Assembly: GCA_964554065.1 (NCBI GenBank)
Contig: CAZKMQ010000001.1
Coordinates: 1-46,532 of the forward strand
DNA length: 46,532 nt
Reading direction: 5' to 3'
From: an uncultured Gammaproteobacteria bacterium
Lineage (GTDB): Bacteria; Patescibacteriota; Patescibacteriia; Magasanikbacterales; JBBTQS01
Every line of letters starts with the position of its first letter. The first letter of the stretch is position 1. The position numbers and the translations under genes were made by a program. The notes beneath the pieces were generated by a model that did no database searches, was not told where the DNA came from, and was given only the letters and a program-made list of their open reading frames with translations. Of this stretch, positions 32,952-39,619 are shown in pieces.

Positions 32952-33500
32952 ATGGGATGTTGTAAAGATCTACGTGGTGGGCCAAAAGTTGGTCAACTTG
33001 CGCCAATGTTTGAAGCCAATTCATATGTGGCAGGTGAGTTTAAGAAAGTTTCTTTAAAGGACTACGCTGGTAAGTGGATAGTTTTGTTTTTTTACCCACT
33101 GGACTTTACGTTCGTATGTCCAACAGAGATTCGTGGGTTTGCAAATTCTATGGAGAGTTTTGAGCAAAAGAATGCGGTTGTGATTGGTTGTTCAACAGAT
33201 AGTGAACATTCACACAAAGCTTGGTTTGAAAAAGACTTGCCTGAAGTGAAGTTTCCAGTGTTAGCTGATGTTGCTCATCATATTAGTAGTGACTATGGAG
33301 TGTTAATTGAAGATCAGGGAATAGCACTTCGCGGAACATTTATTATCGATCCTGAGGGTGTGCTTAGGTATGTTGTTGTTTCAGATTTGAATGTTGGCCG
33401 ATCAGTAACTGAGACTTTGCGTGTACTTGAAGCGCTTCAAACTGGTGAGCTTTGTCCTGTGGAGTGGGACAAGAGTAAACAAACGCTAGGTAAGGCGTAA
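32952..33500 (+). CDS. 2-Cys peroxiredoxin (AhpC/Prx1 type)
   Basis: The peroxidatic site 'FYPLDFTFVCPTE' and the resolving-Cys region 'GELCPVEW' are present. Confidence 0.92.
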   Translation: MGCCKDLRGGPKVGQLAPMFEANSYVAGEFKKVSLKDYAGKWIVLFFYPLDFTFVCPTEIRGFANSMESFEQKNAVVIGCSTDSEHSHKAWFEKDLPEVKFPVLADVAHHISSDYGVLIEDQGIALRGTFIIDPEGVLRYVVVSDLNVGRSVTETLRVLEALQTGELCPVEWDKSKQTLGKA

Positions 33501-33512
33501 CTCCATAATTAC

Positions 33513-34106
33513 ATGAGCAAAGAGGTTGTTCTTGATATTGAGACACAAAATATTTTTTCTGAGGTGGGGAATGATTTGAAAAAATTGAAAGTAAGTGTTG
33601 TGGTTGCGTACATGTACGAGACGGATGAGTTTCGTGCGTTTCGTGAAGAAGAACTTAAGGATTTGTGGCCAATTCTTGAAACAGCAGACAGAATTATTGG
33701 GTATAATTCTGCATATTTTGATCTGCCTGTACTCAACACATATTATCCGGGTGATCTTACTCAATTTCCTCAGCTTGACATGCTAATTGAAATTAAGGCA
33801 AAGCTGGGTAATCGTTTACGTCTTAATGATGTTGCCAAGGCTACTTTGAAAGTTGAAAAAAGCGGTGATGGGCTTGAGGCTGTGAAATGGTTTCGTGAAG
33901 GAAATTGGGATGATTTGATTCGGTATTGTAAAGATGATGTGAAAGTTACACGTGATTTGTATGAGTTCGGCAAAAAAAATAAGCAACTTTTCTATAACGA
34001 TATTATGACCGGTGAACTGCGACCTTTTCCTGTAGACTTCAGTGCTCCATCTCCGGAGGAAATTGCTGAGACAGCCAAGGGGGTAAACTTGTCATTGCCA
34101 TTTTAA
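33513..34106 (+). CDS. RNase H-like / DEDD 3'-5' exonuclease domain protein
   Basis: It contains 'VVLDIETQ' (Exo I), 'IGYNSAYFDLPVL' (Exo II) and 'YCKDDVKVTRDLYEF' (Exo III-like). Confidence 0.65.
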   Translation: MSKEVVLDIETQNIFSEVGNDLKKLKVSVVVAYMYETDEFRAFREEELKDLWPILETADRIIGYNSAYFDLPVLNTYYPGDLTQFPQLDMLIEIKAKLGNRLRLNDVAKATLKVEKSGDGLEAVKWFREGNWDDLIRYCKDDVKVTRDLYEFGKKNKQLFYNDIMTGELRPFPVDFSAPSPEEIAETAKGVNLSLPF

Positions 34107-34107
34107 T

Positions 34108-34704
34108 ATGAAATTATTTCTTGTTCGTCACGGACAGAGTGAAAAAAATGTTACTAATACATTGCAAGGTGTTGGGATTGAAGATCCACTAACCAAACTT
34201 GGGACTGAACAGGCAGCTAAGGTTGCAAAACGATTGGCAAATATTAATTTTGATTATGCGTTTAGTAGTGATGTAACGCGTGCACGTAAAACTGCTGAGA
34301 CAATCGTTGAAATGCAAGAAAAGCTCGAACTAGTTTTTGATGAGAGGTTGCGTGAAGTGCAGGTTGGTATTTATTCAGGTAAGCCAATCGCAGAAATACA
34401 AAGAGTTCGAGAAACAGTAAATTTGCCATATGGAGACTTTAAACCTGAAGGAGGTGAGTCATTTAATGATGCAAGGTTGCGGTCGACAATTTTTTTTAAT
34501 GAGTTGTCCAGGAATTATTTTGAAAAAACCTTGCTTGCAGTTAGCCATGGAGCAACCATTGGATGTTGGTTAAGTTATATTATGGGAGATGCAATTGAAA
34601 ACTGGAAAAAATATAGCCCTTACAATGCAAGCGTAACTTTGCTGTCTTGTTCTGAGCCTGGACAGTTTGTTATTGATGAATTTAATTCAACAATTCATTT
34701 GTAA
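34108..34704 (+). CDS. Histidine phosphatase (phosphoglycerate mutase) family protein
   Basis: The catalytic 'LVRHGQSEKN' motif and the downstream 'VSHGATIG' are present. Confidence 0.85.
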   Translation: MKLFLVRHGQSEKNVTNTLQGVGIEDPLTKLGTEQAAKVAKRLANINFDYAFSSDVTRARKTAETIVEMQEKLELVFDERLREVQVGIYSGKPIAEIQRVRETVNLPYGDFKPEGGESFNDARLRSTIFFNELSRNYFEKTLLAVSHGATIGCWLSYIMGDAIENWKKYSPYNASVTLLSCSEPGQFVIDEFNSTIHL

Positions 34705-34736
34705 CAATAAAGACCCTCACGTGATGCGAAAAGTCT

Positions 34737-35027
34737 TTAGAACTTTATCCTCTGGCTATAGCGATTGAGGATGTTTTGAATTGTTTCGTCTTGTTGATTT
34801 TCCAGCCATTCAATAAGATTGCAAAAACTGTCTTGCACATCTTGCTTGAGTTGAGATTTAAGATCGATAATACCATTTTCTCTTGGTTGGTGTTGTTCCA
34901 TTGTAGCTATGACTGCACCAGCCTGTGATGGTAGTTCACGATAATAACGACTGCTTGTGTTGGTCTGAAGGTGCGGACAAAGCCATATAATTGTAAGCAG
35001 GTCGACAACGTCATTTACTGTGTTCAT
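34737..35027 (-). CDS. Hypothetical protein
   Basis: The 96-aa product starts at the ATG preceded by AAGGAGG ('MNTVNDVVDLL...'). I recognise no family. Confidence 0.5.
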   Translation of the reverse strand: MNTVNDVVDLLTIIWLCPHLQTNTSSRYYRELPSQAGAVIATMEQHQPRENGIIDLKSQLKQDVQDSFCNLIEWLENQQDETIQNILNRYSQRIKF

Positions 35028-35077
35028 CTTTTCCTCCTTGGTGGCACTGTAGTGCAAAGGTGAGTATTGGTCAAGTT

Positions 35078-35770
35078 TTATGTAAAAATTTCAAAAAACA
35101 CTTGGCTTGCAGGCACACCACCATCAACTAGAACTTTTCGCGTTGCCAAAACCATTTTAGGGCTCCCACACAAATAATAATGCGCAGATTTGTCCAGATC
35201 TCGCTCTCCAAGAATTGCAGTTACGCGACCTTTTGATCCAGTCCAAGATTCTGTTGGTTGTGATAGAGTGTACTCGTAGGTGAGTTGCGGATTATCAATT
35301 TGTAGCGCCTTAAGCTTCTCTTCCCAAAAAATATCTTTTTCAGAGCGCACACCAAAAAGCAAGTGAGCTTTACGATCTTTGCAATTTGTGAGCATAGACA
35401 AGATTGGTGTTACACCGGTTCCAGTCACAACCATATATAGTGGTGCGTCTGATTCACGACAAACAAAGTGACCTCGCGGCCCTGTGAATGTAATTTCATC
35501 ACCTGCGCTAAGTGATTCTAAATAATTTGTGGCTACTCCCTCGTCAAGAAGTTTGTAGCAAAGTGTAATTTCTTTTTTTGAGCTGGCTGGTGACGCAATA
35601 GAGTATGATCTGTCAGTTGGCTTATCCTGTCCCGGGATATTGATGTTAATAAATTGTCCAGGTTGAAATTCAATTTCAGCAGGCTCGATTAATTCAAAAA
35701 TAATTTCGCGAATTGGTTCCACAAGGTTCTTCTTTTCCTTTACTTTGGCTTTAAACTCAGTTATGTCCAT
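35078..35770 (-). CDS. Ferredoxin-NADP reductase-like FAD/NAD(P)-binding oxidoreductase
   Basis: It has the FAD motif 'RSYSIAS' and the NAD motif 'MVVTGTGVTPILSM'. The C-terminal 'YLCGSPKMV' is also present. The gene is divergent from the Rrf2/NifS/NifU operon. Confidence 0.8.
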   Translation of the reverse strand: MDITEFKAKVKEKKNLVEPIREIIFELIEPAEIEFQPGQFININIPGQDKPTDRSYSIASPASSKKEITLCYKLLDEGVATNYLESLSAGDEITFTGPRGHFVCRESDAPLYMVVTGTGVTPILSMLTNCKDRKAHLLFGVRSEKDIFWEEKLKALQIDNPQLTYEYTLSQPTESWTGSKGRVTAILGERDLDKSAHYYLCGSPKMVLATRKVLVDGGVPASQVFFEIFT

Positions 35771-35774
35771 GTTG

Positions 35775-35803
35775 TTGACAGGATTAAATAGATACTATAG
35801 AAT
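35775..35803 (+). promoter_or_regulatory. Sigma-70-type promoter candidate of the Fe-S operon
   Basis: TTGACA (35775-35780), a 17-nt spacer and TAGAAT (35798-35803). Confidence 0.5.
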
Positions 35804-35810
35804 GCGCATA

Positions 35811-35829
35811 TCATACTAAATTAGTATGA
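35811..35829. promoter_or_regulatory. 19-bp perfect palindrome, candidate Rrf2 operator
   Basis: TCATACTAA-A-TTAGTATGA lies immediately downstream of the -10 hexamer and 10 nt upstream of the Rrf2 start codon. Confidence 0.55.
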
Positions 35830-35839
35830 ATTAGGCAAT

Positions 35840-36235
35840 ATGCTAACTTTGAACCGACAAACAGACTATGCTTTGCAATTTATTGCAGCACTAACTCGCC
35901 TGGAAGCTGGTGAGATGTTGTCATTGCGTCAATTCGCTACTAACTCTAGCATTTCATTTGCCTTCATGCAACGAATCGTGCGTAGTTTGAAGGCTTCAAA
36001 AATTGTACGTTCAACCCAGGGAAGTGGTGGAGGTTATGCACTTGCCAAAAATGCGGACAAAATTACTGTCCAAGATATTGTTGAATCAATTGAGGGACCG
36101 GTTGCGGTGACAATGTGTATTAGCGATCCTGGTGCTTGTGTTTTTGAAACAAAGTGCACTAGCAAAAAGACCATTAGCAAAATTAATTTTCAAATTTCAG
36201 AACTTTTGCGAGAAGTAAAAGTTTCTGAACTGTAA
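35840..36235 (+). CDS. Rrf2-family transcriptional regulator (IscR-like, Cys-containing)
   Basis: It has 'LNRQTDYALQFIAAL' and a wHTH segment. The C-terminal 'CISDPGACVFETKC' is positioned like the Fe-S cluster ligands of IscR-type regulators. Confidence 0.88.
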   Translation: MLTLNRQTDYALQFIAALTRLEAGEMLSLRQFATNSSISFAFMQRIVRSLKASKIVRSTQGSGGGYALAKNADKITVQDIVESIEGPVAVTMCISDPGACVFETKCTSKKTISKINFQISELLREVKVSEL

Positions 36236-36236
36236 T

Positions 36237-37535
36237 ATGAAGGAAATTTTTCCAAAAGCAAAACGTCGCGCAGTATATCTTGATCATGCTGCAGCAACGC
36301 CGGTTGATCCTCAAGTGCTTGAGGTGATGTTGCCGTTTTTAAAAAATGAATTTGGAAATCCAGGTGGGCTTTATGCAAAGGGTCGCACTGCAGCACAGGC
36401 AATTGCAAACGCGCGCAAATCAATTTCAGATGTGCTGGGTTGTCCGGCAAATAGCATTGTGTTCACTGGTTCTGGAACTGAGAGCGATAACCTGGCCATA
36501 ATGGGAATTGCAAAAGGTTATTTTGAAAAAGGTAAGCACGTTGTTTCTAATAAAATTGAACATGATGCGGTTTTGCATCCACTTGATGAGCTTAAGAAAC
36601 AGGATTTTGAAATAACATATGTTGATGTAACTGAGCATGGGCAAGTAACTCCAAAGTCCATTGTTGATGCATTGCGTGAAGACACAATTCTTGTAAGTGT
36701 AATCTATGCAAACAATGAAATTGGAACGATTAATCCAATTGCAGATATTGGTCGTGCGATTTTGAAATGGAAAAAAGAAAATGGCCGCGGACCACTTGAT
36801 GCACCGTTTTTTCACACAGATGCATGCCAGGCTGCAGGTGCTTTAGAGCTTAATGTTGAAAAGTTGCATGTTGATCTAATGACAATTAATGGTTCTAAGA
36901 TCTATGGTCCGAAAGGTTCAGGATTTTTGTATATGCGTCGTGGATTGAAAGTAAAGCCAATTGTCTTTGGTGGAGCTCAAGAATTTCGTAAACGTCCTGG
37001 AACAGAGAACGTTGCAAACATTGTTGGACTTGCTAAAGCACTTGAGCTGGCGCAGGCTGAAAAGGAAGTTGAAAATAAACGTTTGATCGAGCTTCGTGAT
37101 TGGTTTATTGACCAGTTTCAAAAACGTATTTCTAAGGTTGTGCTTAATGGTCATCCGCAAGATCGGTTGCCCAATAATGTGAACCTTTCAGTTCTAGATA
37201 TTGAAGGGGAGGCTTTGATCTTGTATCTAGATGAATATGGGATTGCTATCTCGACCGGAAGTGCGTGTACTTCAATTACACTTGATCCTTCTCACGTGAT
37301 TACGGGAATTGGAAAGCCGTATGAATATGCACACTCAAGCATGCGTTTTACTCTTGGGAAATCTACAACTAAGGAAGATCTAGAATATGTGCTAAAAATT
37401 ATGGAGCCAGTTGTTAAATTTTTGCGCCAAATTTCTCCTGTGAATTTGCAAATCGGAGAGGCGAAGTCTGTGAGTATGGCATCAGCATTTGTAGATGGGG
37501 GAGTGCCGCATTTTGTGAAAAAAAATCAATCATAA
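36237..37535 (+). CDS. Cysteine desulfurase (class I, NifS/IscS-like)
   Basis: It has 'YLDHAATTP'-like 'YLDHAAATPV' and the PLP-Lys region 'MTINGSKIYGPKGSG'. The catalytic loop 'STGSACTS' is also present. Confidence 0.92.
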   Translation: MKEIFPKAKRRAVYLDHAAATPVDPQVLEVMLPFLKNEFGNPGGLYAKGRTAAQAIANARKSISDVLGCPANSIVFTGSGTESDNLAIMGIAKGYFEKGKHVVSNKIEHDAVLHPLDELKKQDFEITYVDVTEHGQVTPKSIVDALREDTILVSVIYANNEIGTINPIADIGRAILKWKKENGRGPLDAPFFHTDACQAAGALELNVEKLHVDLMTINGSKIYGPKGSGFLYMRRGLKVKPIVFGGAQEFRKRPGTENVANIVGLAKALELAQAEKEVENKRLIELRDWFIDQFQKRISKVVLNGHPQDRLPNNVNLSVLDIEGEALILYLDEYGIAISTGSACTSITLDPSHVITGIGKPYEYAHSSMRFTLGKSTTKEDLEYVLKIMEPVVKFLRQISPVNLQIGEAKSVSMASAFVDGGVPHFVKKNQS

Positions 37536-37536
37536 C

Positions 37537-38217
37537 ATGACTAATAAAAAACCAATAAAATCAAAAGGTAAGGACGTTGTTAATCAGCACACAGGACAGT
37601 CTTGGGTGTATTCACCTACAGTGAAAGACCACTTTTTTCATCCGCGAAATTTGTTGCTTGATGAGCCGACCCCAGAGGTTGAAGCACAGTTTGATGCTCG
37701 CGGAACTGTTGGTTCACCAGCGTGTGGTGATGTGATGGATATTTGGATTAAAGTGGACCGTGATACAGAGGAGATTTCAGATTTGAAGTGGAAAACTTTC
37801 GGTTGTGGATCAGCTATTGCAGCAACTTCAATGTATTCTGTAATGCTTACTGAAAATAATGGAATGAAGCTTGATGATGCTCTTAAGGTGAAGCCACAAG
37901 ATATAATGGAGAGGCTTGGTGGTTTGCCAAATCGTAAAATCCACTGCAGTGTCTTAGCTGACAAAGCATTTCGTAAAGCAGTGAACAATTATTTTCGTAA
38001 CACTGAGCAAACCGATCGAATTATTGTAGAAGGAAAGCGAGTAATTGATCCAACAACAAATACTACTGACAAAGACATTGAAGAAGCTGTACTTGAGGGT
38101 GCACAAACAATAGAGGATGTACAAAAGAAGTTGAAAGTAGCAGTTGGTGCAAGTGATGACGTGAAGCTTGCGGTTGAGGAACTCATTCGTTTTTATTGTG
38201 AAAAATACTATGGGTAA
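37537..38217 (+). CDS. NifU/IscU-type Fe-S scaffold with C-terminal Cys-less BFD-like extension
   Basis: The scaffold cysteines lie in 'GSPACGDVMDIW', 'FGCGSAIAATS' and 'KIHCSVLA'. The ~70-aa C-terminal extension is described in the findings. Confidence 0.88.
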   Translation: MTNKKPIKSKGKDVVNQHTGQSWVYSPTVKDHFFHPRNLLLDEPTPEVEAQFDARGTVGSPACGDVMDIWIKVDRDTEEISDLKWKTFGCGSAIAATSMYSVMLTENNGMKLDDALKVKPQDIMERLGGLPNRKIHCSVLADKAFRKAVNNYFRNTEQTDRIIVEGKRVIDPTTNTTDKDIEEAVLEGAQTIEDVQKKLKVAVGASDDVKLAVEELIRFYCEKYYG

Positions 38218-38503
38218 TGTTAACGTTTGTAATGGAAGTAAGTGCACTCCGCGCGGGGCAAGTGATGTAATGAGCTCACTTGAGAAATGCTGCAAAAATG
38301 ATCCAAATGTGCGACTTGATTTTCGTAGCTGTACAGGGTATTGTGAACTTGGACCAAATGTGGAGGTTAACGGAAATATAGTGAATCATTGCACAGAGCT
38401 TAATGTTTGTGAAAAAGTTAAACAAGCAATGAGTTTGCCTGAAGGTGATGGAGCAATTGGCAACATTGATATAGAAGAGATTTTAGAAAATGATATTTTG
38501 TAA
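38210..38503 (+). CDS. Thioredoxin-like [2Fe-2S] ferredoxin
   Basis: The 97-aa product starts at the ATG at 38210, which overlaps the nifU-like stop by 8 nt. The Cys pattern 'CNGSKC ... CTGYCELGPNV' is typical of the Trx-like 2Fe-2S family. Confidence 0.65.
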   Translation: MGNVNVCNGSKCTPRGASDVMSSLEKCCKNDPNVRLDFRSCTGYCELGPNVEVNGNIVNHCTELNVCEKVKQAMSLPEGDGAIGNIDIEEILENDIL

Positions 38504-38505
38504 AT

Positions 38506-38757
38506 ATGGAAGACTCAAAAGAGCGAACTACAGGAAATTTAAAAAAAATTGTCGTGGACCAAGATGCTTGTATTGGTGCTGCAAGCTGTGTAGTGATTAC
38601 GCCGGGTGTTTTTCAATTAGATGACGATGACAAGGCATACATTGTAGATCCAGATGTTGTAGATGACGATACGCTCTTACTTTCAGCGCAGAGCTGTCCC
38701 GTACTTGCAATTCATCTATACGATTCTGAGGGTAATAAAGTTTTTCCAGAAAATTAA
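38506..38757 (+). CDS. Small single-cluster ferredoxin (3Fe-4S/4Fe-4S type)
   Basis: The 83-aa ORF contains 'VDQDACIGAASCVVITPGVF...AQSCPVLAI'. Confidence 0.75.
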   Translation: MEDSKERTTGNLKKIVVDQDACIGAASCVVITPGVFQLDDDDKAYIVDPDVVDDDTLLLSAQSCPVLAIHLYDSEGNKVFPEN

Positions 38758-38759
38758 AT

Positions 38760-39425
38760 ATGTCCGGCACGTTGTACATTGTTGGAACGCCAATTGGAAA
38801 TCTTAAAGATATTTCCCAAAGAGCGCTTGAGACCCTCAAGCGTGTTTTGTATATTGCATGCGAAGATACTCGTGTGACCAAAAAGCTTCTGAGCCATTAT
38901 GAAATAAAAACAAAAACAAAACGCGTAGATATGCATAGCGGCGCGAAGACGTTTCGCGCAGTGCTTAGCGATTTGCAAAATGGGGTCGATGTCGCTGTTG
39001 TCACTGATGCAGGCATGCCAGTAATTGCAGATCCAGGGAATATGCTTGTTGCATATATTGCGCGACATGATCCAGAGATTTCAATTGTAACTATTCCTGG
39101 GCCAACCGCGCTTGGCGCAGCACTGTCTGTTAGTGGTTTTCCTGCAGATCGATTTGTGTTTTATGGTTTTGCTCCTGCAAAAAAGTCTAGGGGAAAGTTT
39201 TTTCAAGAAGTTGCCAATACAAAACACACCGTAGTACTTTATGAATCAAAACATCGCATTGCAAAAACCCTAACACAATTGGGCGATCTTATAGGAGATA
39301 GAGAAGTGGTGGTGGCGCGAGAATTGACGAAACAGTTTGAGACAGTGTATCGTGGATCTATATCGCAGATAATGCAGCAGCTTAATGAAAAAGGCGAGTT
39401 TGTTATAGTAATTTCTCCAAAATAA
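38760..39425 (+). CDS. rsmI: 16S rRNA (cytidine1402-2'-O)-methyltransferase
   Basis: It has 'GTLYIVGTPIGNLKDIS.RALETL', 'ACEDTRVT' and 'VTDAGMPVIADPG'. Confidence 0.9.
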   Translation: MSGTLYIVGTPIGNLKDISQRALETLKRVLYIACEDTRVTKKLLSHYEIKTKTKRVDMHSGAKTFRAVLSDLQNGVDVAVVTDAGMPVIADPGNMLVAYIARHDPEISIVTIPGPTALGAALSVSGFPADRFVFYGFAPAKKSRGKFFQEVANTKHTVVLYESKHRIAKTLTQLGDLIGDREVVVARELTKQFETVYRGSISQIMQQLNEKGEFVIVISPK

Positions 39426-39428
39426 AAA

Positions 39429-39611
39429 GTGGACTCCCTGTGAACCACTTTGTGCATGGCAGCTACTCTTGGGGGAGCATGGAGACATGACGATGTGCGA
39501 TTGTGTCGCGTGGTACGCAGGGAGTCCAAACAGTTGCACAGTGGAAACTAATCCTAGGAGGGGGTACTCTCTCCTATGCAACCATCAATGCGCCCAAAGT
39601 ATACGAATTAA
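39429..39611 (+). promoter_or_regulatory. Structured 5' leader of metG (candidate cis-regulatory RNA, class unresolved)
   Basis: An 11-bp helix pairs 39430-39440 with 39519-39529. A second 10-bp helix (39445-39456 with 39535-39544) crosses the first. There are internal hairpins and a GTGGTAC element at 39510-39516. The SD-like AGGAGGGGG sits inside a hairpin at 39556-39575. An 11-codon uORF runs 39576-39611. Confidence 0.4.
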
Positions 39612-39619
39612 TTTTGTTT

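Noticed and set aside
39503-39619. A GTG-initiated N-terminal extension of the metG ORF (541-aa version in the ORF track)
   Set aside because: The extension has no MetRS similarity and runs through the strongly structured leader. Typical MetRS proteins begin 6-8 residues before 'TTPIYY', which fits the ATG at 39620.
39426-39619. Calling the metG leader a canonical T-box riboswitch
   Set aside because: Only a GUGGUAC core resembling the T-box sequence is present. I could not find the Stem I K-turn/GA motif, the specifier-loop S-turn ('AGUA...GAA-codon-A'), the AG bulge or distal loop, or a terminator with a U-tract. It is reported as an unclassified structured leader instead.
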